Notes under the pieces: model-generated
Seen by the model: only the letters and a program-made list of their open reading frames with translations
The model's database searches: none
Told to the model about the DNA's origin: nothing
In this document: positions 36,660-50,865 of the stretch, piece after piece
Numbering within the stretch: the first letter of the stretch is position 1
Layout of the letters: the number at the start of each line of letters is the position of its first letter
Translations under genes and position numbers: made by a program
Source of the DNA: the human T2T-CHM13v2.0 reference genome, Homo sapiens
DNA length: 64,000 bases
Assembly (NCBI RefSeq): GCF_009914755.1
Contig: NC_060930.1
Reading direction: 5' to 3' (one strand)

Positions 36660-37815
36660 ACAGCCTACTGCCTCTCAAGAATAGAGATGGGGCAATGGAA
36701 AATCATCCTTCAGTTAGTAGACTAAAATAATAATTAACAATAATGATACCAATGGCTACAATTTACCAAGAGCTTCCTCTGCGCCAGGCACAGTGCCAAG
36801 CCCATAATCCTTACCCAATCCTAGGTTCAGGAAGGTAACCCAGGGTCACAGTAGCTAGGAATTGAATCCAGGTTTGTGTGGCCTCAGAGTCCAGTCCACT
36901 GGCCCTCGCCCTCCTGCCCCACCCCCTGCCCGGTCCCCAGCAGTTTATAGTCCCTGGGGGAAGGAGGGGAAGGCAAGTGCGCTGTATTTCACAAGACCAG
37001 GGATTAAATAAATCAGCACGTAATTAACATCATCACATTTCCCCAAGCCCGCTGACCAGAACATTGTGCTAATGAGGTCAAGGTCTTGATGTTGAGCCCT
37101 GTGAACATCACATCACTTCACTTCATGGGAGAAAGGCTGGCTCCCTGCCCTGAGGGCAGCCCCCCACACTGTGATTGGGAAATAGGGAGAGTGTGGATGT
37201 TGCAGCACAGCCTGTGGCCTGCTCTGAGGCTTAGCGTAGTAGAGGGTCGGGCGTCCGGCCAAGAAGAATCCTATTAAACGCTATGGGGATGTGTCTTCTG
37301 GACAACTGGGAATCTAGAAAGGATGGGGTTAGCAGAAAGCAAAGCCTGAGTGTGAAGAAAAGATGCAGCAGAAGATAGAACAGAACTTCTGAGACTTGCT
37401 TCCTCTTAGTTGGGTAAAGCCTTTTGGGCAACATGGGGACATACAGGAATTTTTGAGGGCTTGGCTTGGGTGGGGAGATCTGCCTTTAGTATCCTGTAAG
37501 GATTGCACTATTTGGCGGAAAGTTAGCCCAGTTGCATGTCAATCCCACATGGCCTCTGGGGAGATAAGGCCTGGGGAGAGGCTAGAGCAGGCTGTTTGGC
37601 AGTAGCAGGTCTCCTCCAGACAGGCCTGAGGAGTACATGAGACAATGTAGGTACAGAGCCTGAGTGGGGCCAGGCACGTGGTAGGTCTTGGTAAACATTA
37701 GTTTATTAAACTATCTCCCTCCTTTAAGCAGCTTTTTTTCTGGGCCAGTATACCACCAGGTTCGGGGGTTCTGATGATGTCAGCATAATGCCAAAGGCAT
37801 GAGCCAGTGGCTGGC

Positions 37816-38212
37816 TGTGTGAGTCAGGATAGGCCGTGCTGTGCTGCAGTGACGAAGTATCCTGGAAATCTGTGGGCTAACACCACGGAGGTTTTTTCTT
37901 GCTCATGCTATTTGGCTAAAGCAGACTGGCAGGGGCTCTGTTCCATATAGCTGCTTAGGGACCCTGGATGTTGGATGTACCAAATTTCAACACGGAGCTT
38001 TCTGGTTGCTGCTGCAGAGGCAAAAAAGAGCAGGAGGGCTATGCAGGAGGGCTATGCAAAGATCTTAAATGCTTTGACCCTGAAGTGCCAGATAGCATTT
38101 TCACTCACAGCCTATTGACCATGACTGGTCTAGGGTCCTACCTCATGGTGAGGGGCCTGAGGAGTGTGGGGCGCATGTGGGTATTTGGTGAGCACTAAAT
38201 GTCTTTGCCACT
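37816..38212 (-). mobile_element. MLT1K/L-like MaLR LTR
   Basis: agtcaggataggc...gctgcagt, tttcttgctcatg, tttggtgagcactaaatgtctttgccac. Confidence 0.7.
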
Positions 38213-38257
38213 CTACCACTTCCCCTCTCAAAATTCCATTTCCTTCTCCTGTAAAAA

Positions 38258-39522
<1,265 letters not shown>

Positions 39523-39871
39523 GTTTTAAAAAACAGTATTTGAAATCAAGTTGAATAAATAATGCGATGAATGAAATTGGGTAAAAAAATGTTTTATTCT
39601 GATTTGATGAGGTATGAATTTGACTGATTTTAAAAGTGCTTGTAACTAGAATTCCAGAAGAGCAGGCAAGAATGCTCTGACAAATGAATGTTTCTGGAGA
39701 CGGGATAGTTCGTGGGAGACAGGATAGTTCAGGCTGGATCCACCACTGCAGAAGCTGCTGGAAGGGAGGGAACAGTGGGACTGGGAAAGGGCAGGGACAA
39801 AGATTTGCTCTTTGGCCTTTTCCATTTTTTCAGCTGTTGATATAAATAAGTAAATTACAAAACAAAAACAA

Positions 39872-40270
<399 letters not shown>

Positions 40271-42494
40271 TTATTAAAAAAAAATCCACCAGGCCCGTTT
40301 CTGATCTTACCTAATAGAGGATGTGTTCCTCCTTGTTCCTGGGGGATGCAGTCAAGTGGGCAAGGTGGTGCAGGGGACAGAACCTGGATGCCAGAATCCC
40401 TGTCCCACTCACAGCTGAGTGGCCCCAGAAAGTAACCCAATCTGTCTCAGCCTTGGTTTCCTCTTTGCTGTAACGGGCCAAAATTCCCCCATACTGGGTG
40501 GTGGTGGGGAATTGGAGAGAATGTACGTGAGCAAAGAAGCCTAGGGTCAGGCGTGGTGAAGCCTTCAATTAATGGTGGTGACTATTAGCTGAAGATCTGA
40601 GGGACACGAACAGATCAATCAGGATGACCTGAGTTGGGCTGTGTAGGCGACAGGAGAGATGAGGCGTCGCTGACTGAGTGGCACAGGAAGGCCCATCCTG
40701 CAGGTGCTCAGTGTGTGAATGGGCAGGAAAAGGCAAGGGGCCACTCCAGGTATGGGAATTGTAAGAGCAAACACAGGACGCTGGGCTGAGCAACATGTCG
40801 AGGCTGGAGGGGAGGGAGCCCGGGGAGAGGGGCAGAAAGGAAGCCTGGAAGGGCCAGGGAGAAGGCACAGAGGCGGGCAGGGCTTCCATGCCCTGAGAGT
40901 AAATCCCTCTAGCATTTATTAGCCTTGGTGAGCTCTTTGGTGACCCTGGTACCTTTAAAAAAATAAACAGCAGGTGATGGGACTTCTGGGGGAAGAAAAT
41001 AGACCAAAGCTAGGATGTGTACCAGGACAGAGAAGGGCCCTGCCCTGAAATGAGGCCGGGAGGGTACTCAGCCTTTTGGGAGGCCTGACTAGCCATGGCC
41101 TCCCTTAGGGTCTTTGCCCTCCAGTGCAGCCTGTTCCCAGAGGTTACCTGAGGCCCTGAGCCTTCGGTGGGTCTAGTTCACCCTTGGAAGCAAGGAGGGG
41201 CTCCTGGGGCCCAGAGACTGGCCTCCACTCTTGGACTGGGCAGGAATGGGCCTCCGTCTTCAGACCTGAGGCTCCCGAGGGCAGAGGCTGGTTCTCCCCA
41301 TGGACCCGGGGGGTCCCGGGAGTAGGGTTGGGTCTTCCACCTCAGCTTCTCCCTCAGGATCCCACACGGAGATCTGCCCCAGTGCACCCTTGGGATGTAG
41401 TGACAGAAACTCCTGCTTACTTAAAAAAGGGTCCTCTGCAAACTGTGCCGAAGAACAAGGGCCAAAATAAAACAAAGAGGGGATTTCGTTGTTCTTCTCC
41501 TTACCGTAAGTTCAAAACACATTTTTCTGGCCTGTGAGAAGATGCTTCTCCTGGGCCAATACTGGGCCCCTGGGTTGGGTGGCAGTGGGACGGTGCCAAG
41601 GATCGGGCTCTTGCCAAAATAAATCGATCTCCTAACCTTTGCAGACAGCAGAGGTGGGGCAGGTCGACCCACTCCCACATGGCAGGGTCTTCCTGGGGTC
41701 ACCAGGCTGTGGCCATCGTAAATAGTTTAACTGTGTTTATGTAGCAGTAACATGCGTGTTACCTTTCACAGTGATCACATTCCAGACGGCAGTCTTGGGT
41801 GATTTACCTTGCCATGCGCGGCCGCCAGTCCCTGCAGTGAGTGGGTGGCCTCTGGGGCCCAGCTTCGCTGTCCCAAGAGGACTGTTTTTAAAGAGCTGCC
41901 TGGCATGAGAGACTTTATACCCCCACCTTGCCATGCCCCACCACAGGTATGTTCCAAATCTGGGGATTCCTCAGCAGGCTCCTCAGTGCCCTCTGAGGAG
42001 TCTGAGGGGAACTACTGGGGCCACAGTGTCCCCTCCCCACCCCTTCTTGCCTCCCTGGCTAGGGCAGCCGGTGTTTGGAACTTGTCCATCATGTTTATGG
42101 TGATGGATGGACATAGGCTCCAGCACTGCTTCCAGTACTCGTCCTGGTGTCTGTTGCAGCAGCAGCCCCCAGCCAAGAGAAAATAACAAACAACCTTTTG
42201 GAGTCCTTACTAGGTACCAGGCACTGTTTTGTATACCTTATAAAAGGAGTGCTGTCATGAGCCCCTTTTACAGACAACAAAACTGAGGCGTGGTGAGTCT
42301 GCATAAGTCATCTAAGGACACACTATGAGTGAGGCGCAGGTCCAGACTTCACAAGGCAGCCTGCACTCCCAGCATCACGACTCTCCTCTCTCCTTGGCCA
42401 GGCCACGAGCGCTGCCTGCGCAGGGCTGGCCCATGGAGGGGGCAGGGCAACCAGCTGGGAGATGGAGTCCAGGAAGCAGAGGATGTCCGGGCAT

Positions 42495-42785
42495 CTGTGG
42501 CACACTCCCACATACATGTGCCCCTGTGCATGCAGGCACATGGCACATACCTGGTGGGAATGGGCACCTCTCACACAAATATGCATGTGTGTGTACATCT
42601 CCTGTACCTGCCCCACCCACATGCGTGCACGTCCTATCTATCTAAGCGCCTGCACACATACATGAGCACGTGGATACATACGCATGTACGCCTATCCATG
42701 AGGTCACCCTATACATGTACATTCCCCAGGCACCTTCCCACACTCAGACACACAAACTTCCCACACTGCACACACCCAAACCCTT
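42495..42785. repeat. Degenerate CA-rich low-complexity tract
   Basis: cacatacatgtg/tgcacaca motifs. Confidence 0.6.
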
Positions 42786-43641
42786 GTGTGGATGGAGCAT
42801 GTCTTGCTACCTTGCTTACCAGGAGCATACTGCACTTCCTTTCCTTGACCCCCAAACTCGGGGTCAGTCCTAGGACAAGCAAAGCAGAGTGGGTGCTCTC
42901 TCATGATTACATGTATTCACTCAACCAGTATTTCCCGAGTGCCCACTGTATGCAGGGCCTTATGCTGGGTACTGTAGTGAAAGACTTAAATTGAGGCTCG
43001 GCCCAGCCCCTTAAGAGTGCCATGTGTGGGGCAGAGAGGGCCATGAGTCAGTGAGTACAGTCATCCCCACTGCCAAAAGTTGGCCTGGGGATGCAGGCTC
43101 CCAGCAGGCTCCAAGCTCCTCTCTGCTGATGGTGTACCCACCTCTGGAGGCCCAGCTCCCTGCCTAGTTCTGGGTACCTGCAGACGTGGGCTCTCTTGCA
43201 GGTTTGAGGTCTGGGAGTGGCCCAGCCAGGGACTCTGGATGCCTTTGGGAGGGCTCCGGTCCCTTCCCCGACATACTCACCATGGAAGCAACCACGTAGT
43301 GTCCCTGGGCAGCCGGGTGGGTGTGAGTCACCGGGCAGGCCAAACCCCAAATGCCTGCCATCCCTTTGGATCATTGTGTATTTATTAAGCACTCCCTGTA
43401 TACCCAGCACCTGCCAACATAGCAGTGGCCAGGCCTGGCTTGTCCACACTCCCACACAGAGGGGAACAGCCCAAGCCTTCTTGCTGCGCAGCCCCTCTGC
43501 CAGCCCTGCCATGCTCCACACAATGGGTTACATGGGCCTTGCCCAGGCGGGGAGGGGGCCAGACCTTTTGTATGGCGCCTTCTACTACCCAAATGCCATG
43601 CCACAAACCCTTAAACTGGGAGCTGGGTAAATGACCCTGGC

Positions 43642-43782
43642 CAAGAATGGCTTCATGGACACGAAACCTGAACGGCCCACACTTAGAAAGACCCTGTGCT
43701 TGGCTTAACACTCTGCTGTTGCCGTCTTGAAATTCTTAACAGTTTTTGAACAAGGGCCCCACAAATTATGTAGCTGGTTCTG
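43642..43782 (+). mobile_element. MER45A (hAT-Tip100), internally deleted
   Basis: ggcttcatgg...ctctgctgttgccgtcttgaaattcttaa...tttttgaacaagggccccacaaattatgtagctggttctg; degenerate TSD accctggc / ccactggc. Confidence 0.85.
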
Positions 43783-44104
43783 CCACTGGCTGAGGCTTTC
43801 TGTGGGTGATTGGCACAGCCCTGCCCCCACCCCACTTCCTGCCGCCTGCATGCCCCTCCGCAGCCCTGCCTCTGCCAGCTCGGCCTCCTGCCCTGGGCTG
43901 GCCCAGACTGCTGAGATGTGGGCGGCTGTGGTTTCCCAGAGCCCGCAGTGCAGCCGCAGTGTTTGAAGATGCTCTTCAGTGGTGTCTTCAGACGGTGTTC
44001 CTTCTGTCGTCCAGCCTGTGGTCGCCCTGGCCGGCTCCCACCCTGTGGTCACCTGCCTGCTGTTGCCAGAGCATGAGAAGCCCGGGAAGGAGGACTTCAG
44101 CTTA

Positions 44105-44330
44105 TACTCAGCTTCTGGCTTAGAGCCCACATATAGACTGCTCATCCCAGCCCCATCCTAAGGCACATCATTGCTAAGCTCTCTGAACCTCAGTTGCCTC
44201 AGCTGTAACATGGGGATTCAGAAGTCCTCCCAGCAGTGTTGGTGGGAGGATTCCTGGTAACATATAGGAAGCACCTGGTAACAAGCCTGGCACAGAGTGG
44301 GTGCCTGGAGAGCATTTAGTTTTAGCTGCT
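44105..44330 (+). mobile_element. MIR SINE
   Basis: ctctctgaacctcagttgcctcagctgtaacatgggga...cctggcacagagtgggtgc. Confidence 0.7.
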
Positions 44331-44732
44331 CGTTAATTCACCATTTACTGAGTGCCTACTAGAAGCCGAGCCAGAAAAGATAGCTTTTACTGAAGGAGCT
44401 CACAGTCTCGGCGGGGCAGGGGGTCAGTGGGGGTGGCTGTAAGCAGAAGCGTAAGAAGCTCAACTGGAATGGAGTGCAAGCCCAAGTGGGGAAACCAAGG
44501 CCCAGGGAGGGGATGTGACTTGCCTACACCAGGACCCAGGAGTCTTGTTTCTCTGCCCACCGGACGCCCCATACACAAACTCTGCCATGTCCCGGGATTG
44601 TGGTTAACACCGTGTGCTGTGTTAACAGGTCCAGGCTCAGTCTTCAGGGCACGAGTTGGGGTCTTCTTGATGGGTTGTGGCACCCACTGTTTGGACATCA
44701 TGCATGCTTCTTATTATTATTGTGTATTTATT

Positions 44733-45027
44733 TATTTGTTTATTTGTTTCTTGATCCAGGGTCTTGCTCTGTCGCCCAGGCTGGAGTGCAGTGGCACCAT
44801 CTCGACTTACTGCAACCTCTGCCTCCCGTAGCCCAAGTGATCCTCCCACCTCAGCGTCTCGAGTAGCTGGGACTACAGGCTCGCACCACCATGCCTGGCT
44901 AATTTTTTGTAGAGATGAGGTTTTGCCGTGCTGCCCAGGCTGGTCTCGAACTCCTGGGCTCAAGAGATCTGCCTGCCTCAGCCTCCCAAAGTGCTGGGAT
45001 TACAGGCGTGAGCCACTGCGTCCGGCC
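44733..45027 (-). mobile_element. AluJ
   Basis: ctcctgggctcaagagatctgcc, cagggtcttgctctgtc; TSD tgtgtatttatt (44721-44732) / tgtgtatctatt (45028-45039). Confidence 0.95.
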
Positions 45028-45472
45028 TGTGTATCTATTAAGCACCTCCTGTATACCCAGCACCTGCAAAGCCTTGGGACACACAACAGCAACCCTTCAG
45101 GGAAGATCCCAAGCCAGGTGCCTGTCTTTTGCCTCCTTGGATCAGTGACGAAGAGGTCAGCGTCACTCCATTTCTGGGTGTGATGGTCCTGGGCACTGCT
45201 GAGTAAGTCTGAGGAAAGGGACAACAGCTGCAGGCCCTCCACACTCAGCTCATCACCATTCTACTGCTCAGGCCCTCATCTGCCTGATTCTTGGGGTCAC
45301 TTGTTTTCCAGGGCCTAACCCCATTCTGAACTAGTTTTGGTGAGGACAGTGAGGATGTGGGAATAGGCTAATTGAAAGCATGAAGTTGAAATGAGGAGCC
45401 AGTGCTGAAGGGAGATCTTGGGCTGCCACTGAGGGAGTTTGAGCAGGATAGTGGCATGACCAGCTCTATCTT

Positions 45473-45769
45473 CTTTTTTTTTTTTTTTTGAGATGGAGTC
45501 TCACTCTGTTGCCCAGGCTAGAGTGCAGTGGCACGATCTCGGCTCACCACAACCTCCACCTCCTGGGTTCAAGTGATTCTTCTGCCTCAGCTTCCTGAGT
45601 AGCTGGGATTAAAGGCGTGCGCCACCACACCCGGCTCATTTTGTATTTTTAGTAGAGATGGGGTTTCTCCATGTTGGTCAGGCTGGTCTCGACTCCCGAC
45701 CTCAGGTGATCCACCTGCCTCGGTCTCCCAAAGTGCTGGGATTACAGGCGTGAGCCACCGTGCCCGGCC
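45473..45769 (-). mobile_element. AluSp/Sq-like, inserted in an antisense L2
   Basis: ctcaccacaacc, tttctccatgttggtcagg; perfect 16-bp TSD tgaccagctctatctt at 45457-45472 and 45770-45785. Confidence 0.95.
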
Positions 45770-46034
45770 TGACCAGCTCTATCTTTAAAAGATCACTCCA
45801 CTGTGATGTGGAGAAGGGGTTGCAGGGCAATGGTGGACACAGGAAGGGCTGATAAGAAGCAACTGTGATAGTCCAGACACCTGCCTCTGGGAGCCTAAAA
45901 CACTCCACATAGGTGGGAAGGCTTCAAAAGAGGCCTGGGGATGAAGCTGTTGCCCTCCAGCCTGCCGCGCTTCCCGGGGACCTGCAAACGTCCATCCTTT
46001 CCTCGGTCGATTCCTCGTCCAGCCTGTGGTCCTT

Positions 46035-46495
46035 GGGGCTCTGATTTATTCAGCTTGGGAACCAGGCAGCGAGTCTCATGTCTGCCCCAGGCCTCAAAAT
46101 AGATTATTTTTTTTATTAGCTGTCCCTTGTTAACTCATAATTGCAATCATGTAACATTTAATAGAGGCACAAAGCGATCCCCATCACTGCTCCACAATCA
46201 TTCATTAGCTAACAAGACAGAGCAGCTCATAAAAAAAAAGCCGTTAAAAAAATTCCGGGGAAATGGAAAGCAGGAGGTGATGCAAGCCCTGGTTAACAAA
46301 GGCTGAGGGTTGGGGGGAGGCATGAGAGGGTGTGAGTGGAATAACCCAAGCCTGATAAGCCACAAAGCAGCGCCTGCTGCTCCCTCCTCCCTCTGCCGCC
46401 TGAGTCAGAGAAGCCGGGATGTGTTCAAAATCAAGCAATGTAATTAGCAGGTTGCATCATGCCTCTCGATTATAAATTACAATGGCCACAAAGAG
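46035..46495. promoter_or_regulatory. Candidate developmental enhancer (HOX/PBX/CDX, SOX, AP-1 motifs)
   Basis: Repeat-free AT-rich block: TGATTTAT 46042, TTTTATTAG 46111, CACAAAG 46168, CTCATAAAA 46226, TGAGTCA 46401, TAATTAG 46441, ACAATGG 46479. Confidence 0.5.
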
Positions 46496-48344
46496 GGTGG
46501 ATGGAGGAGCAGGGATTAGATGGGGTAACCCAATCCCAGTGCCGGGAAGGGGGACAGAGGGCCCGGGAGCTGCCCCCCGCCACTAGGAGCCACTCGGAGT
46601 GGCCTCTGTCTACTGTGTCTAGGGACAGCAACAAGGCCTACTCAATACCTGCTTTGTGTAGCCTGGGATAATGATTTACAAACTCAAGGAAATCAGGAGG
46701 TGTGAAAAGAAGATAGCCCTCTTAACCCAGCCATTGTCTACCCTCTGCTGGAATGTCCCTCAGCTCCACCCACCTGGTGCACCTGTGCACACGGATGCTG
46801 TTTGAGGATGGTCCACGTGAGGAGCCCTCATAGGGGCTGGACTGATAAGATCTAAAAGGGTTGCTGGGCTTGAGGTGTGGCGACACAGTCAGGGATGATT
46901 GAGACTCGGCAAACAGGAATACACCTGAGTGATTCCCTGAGCCGTCTCTGTAGTAGGGGAGGATGGGAGCTTGGGCTGATGACAGAGCAAGCTGTCTCCT
47001 AGGAGTTGAAGACCTGGTTCCATCCCAAACTTTGCCACTGGGAGGCTGTAGGAGCCTGGCAAGCCATTTCTCCTCTCTGGGCCTCAGCTTCCCCCCTACA
47101 ACCCAACTGCTGGCTATATGACCCAGGCAAGTTATTTTCCATCTCTGTGTCTCTACTTCCCCACCAGGCCTTGCTACAACTGGTCATGTGACCTGAGACC
47201 AGCTCCCCCTCCGCATCCTCAGTTTCTCCATTTACAAGGAGGAAAGTTATCCAGACAATCTTTAAAGTTCAGCTGGGGCCTTCTCTTAGTCTAAGGTGAA
47301 CTCTGTTTTTCCAAAGACTAACCAACTAGCCAGCTCACCTGGTACCTTGGAGACCAGGGAAATGGGCCTGGCAACCCTGCCCTCTAGCCATCTGCATGAA
47401 TCAGAGCCCGGTGAAGCAGAGGGGAAGTCAGTCTCAGGCAAATCAAGTCACTGGTGGCACTGCTCCCCGTGAGCCCGTGTAGACACACCCTTTACTTCCT
47501 CCTGGTGGAAGATTTGGCCTTTCAGTTTAGCCTTTGCAAACAGCATTTACTTGACAATGTTTTCTTAGCAGCCCTATTCTTGTACACAGGAAATAATCCC
47601 ATTAACTTTATTATCTCTGCAAAGAAAGGACAAGGATATAGATTTGCCCTTAAGTTCAATGAACTCAGTTCTCTCTTGAAAGGAAAAGCACAGAACTGAG
47701 GCAATTGCCTTGTAGGAAGCTTTCTTTGGGTAAGACCTGGCTCTAGTGGAGAGATATTGCAGCTGCCTTTTGAACTGTGGCCCTCAGCTGCTCTGGGGCC
47801 CCCAAATCTTCTCTCTGGGCCTCACTTTCATCCCCATCACCACCTCCTCACACCTACATTCTGTTGACTGAGGGACTGGACCAAACTGATGGAGAGAAGT
47901 AGGTATTCTCAACAAGCAAGGAGAGGCAGAGGCGATCGGGAGGGAATCCCGACTAGCACTGCCTTCGCTCAGACCCCAGCATTACTCCCTTGGACTACTG
48001 TAGAGACCTCCAGTCTTGGCCCCTCAGATCTCTTTGCTCCTTTGCAGCCACAGGACCTTGCTAAAAATTGTGGCTGATCACACTCTTACCCTGCTTGAAC
48101 CCCATCAAAGGCACCCCTGTCCAAAAGTCCCAGGGCCTAGTAGGCTCCACAGGCTCCCCAAGCCTGGGCCGTGCTTTTTTCTCCAGCCACTTCCTTCTAC
48201 TTGCAGCCCAAGCTACCCTGAATCATTGGTCCTTTCCAGCAAACCCCAGGCTATTTCATACCTCCACACCTTTGAGCGAGCTGTTCCCATTGCCCGGACT
48301 GCCCTTCCCCTTGTTCACCTGGCCAACTTAGGTTCAGTCTTAGG

Positions 48345-48680
<336 letters not shown>

Positions 48681-49839
48681 AAGATGCAGCCTAGGAACCT
48701 TGCTTTAGTATTAGTATCCCCTCCTCCCAGAACCCCTTCTCCAGGCAGCTCTTCTGTGCCTTCCAACATGAGCAAGCTCTAGCCCAGCAAGTCCTTATGT
48801 GCCATGTCCCCCGGAGTCCATGAGCTCCCTGGGGAGGAACTGAGCATCCCATAGTCAAACCCTCACAAACATCTTCTGTGTTGAACTGCTGCCTTTTCCT
48901 ACAGCAAGCAAGAGGCAGATGTAGCCTGAGGCCTAGGGCTTGGGGTGAAGTCTGGAAAAGTTGCTCATCCATTCATTCACTTATTCATTTGTGTCATCTG
49001 AATACATGTAGTGAGGGGAGGGGGCAGGGATGAGCAGGCTGGGAAGGGAAGGACCAGACCTATCAGCTTCGTATACCACCCTGAAGGCACTTATAGGCTC
49101 CATGGAAGTCCCTGGCCCTTGGGTGGGTTGGGAGAATATCCCAGAAGCCAGCTCCCAGTGCAAGTTGGCCTCCAGGGTGGACAGACTGCCAGAGCTGGGC
49201 TGACGGTGGCACTGGGGGCTGCCTTGTGTGTTTTAGCCCAGCAGGGCCTGCACCTTGCCGACAGCGATCTCCCAGCTGCCTCAGTACAATCAACAGAAGC
49301 TGAGTGTGAGGAGGTGGCAGAGAGGGAGCCATGTGAGGCATGTTTTCACGTGTCAGGAGCTCTCAGCATGTCCCCTGTTGGTGAGGGGGCTGTCCTTGTG
49401 TCTGCATCACTAAGGAGGTGACCACTTTGCTCTCGTGTCAGGGTGACATTAGATCCCTAAGTTGTGACCTCACTCAGGTATCCGTCCTTGAGTCCCATCT
49501 GCTTCTGAGTTAAGAGCCAAAATAACAGCAGAGACATGGCTGCCTGAATACCCTTCTCAGCAATGGCGAGACACAGAACAAGCATGGCTGTCCCATTGGA
49601 TGGAACAGGAGACCGGGACTCAGGGATATGGACACAGCTACCTGAGGTCACACAGCTCATGTGGGCCTCCTATAGCCTGTGAGGTACACCTTTCCTTCTT
49701 CCACCACCCTTAGGGGTGGAGCTGTGCCCCATATTTGGCCTTTACCACATCCCAATGTAGGTGAAAATGTGAATGACAATAATAACTGCATATAGTAGAT
49801 GCCTACTTTGTACCTGGCACAACTTAAGTACTTTCTTCT

Positions 49840-50550
<711 letters not shown>

Positions 50551-50724
50551 TGTCAGTCATAGGCCAACTCATTTGACATTACAGCAATGCTGAGTACCAG
50601 GCACTCTTGTTATTCTCTAGCTAATGAGGAAATTGAGATACAGAGAAAAGTAATCCACCCAAGGTCACACTCCAGGCATGTGGTTCTATGTTAGCGATTT
50701 GGGAGCATCCTTCTTGGCCCAGAG

Positions 50725-50865
50725 CACTGGTTCCCAGTCCCAGGTATGGATTAGAATCACCCGGGGAACTTACAAAGAATCCAGATGACCAAGTTTCAAA
50801 TTCTGACAAGCTGCCTAGGTGATTTTGACAGAATCTTTATGACACCAGCTTTGGTGACCCACTGG
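50725..50865. mobile_element. MER5-family hAT-Charlie fragment
   Basis: attagaatcaccggggaactt...acaagctgcctaggtgattttga. Confidence 0.6.

Noticed and set aside
39560-39630. TGATGA...CTGA as a box C/D snoRNA
   Set aside because: Boxes are under 20 nt apart with no terminal stem.
42329-42994. 221-aa His/Cys-rich ORF
   Set aside because: Composition comes from a CA-rich low-complexity tract; no zinc-finger spacing.
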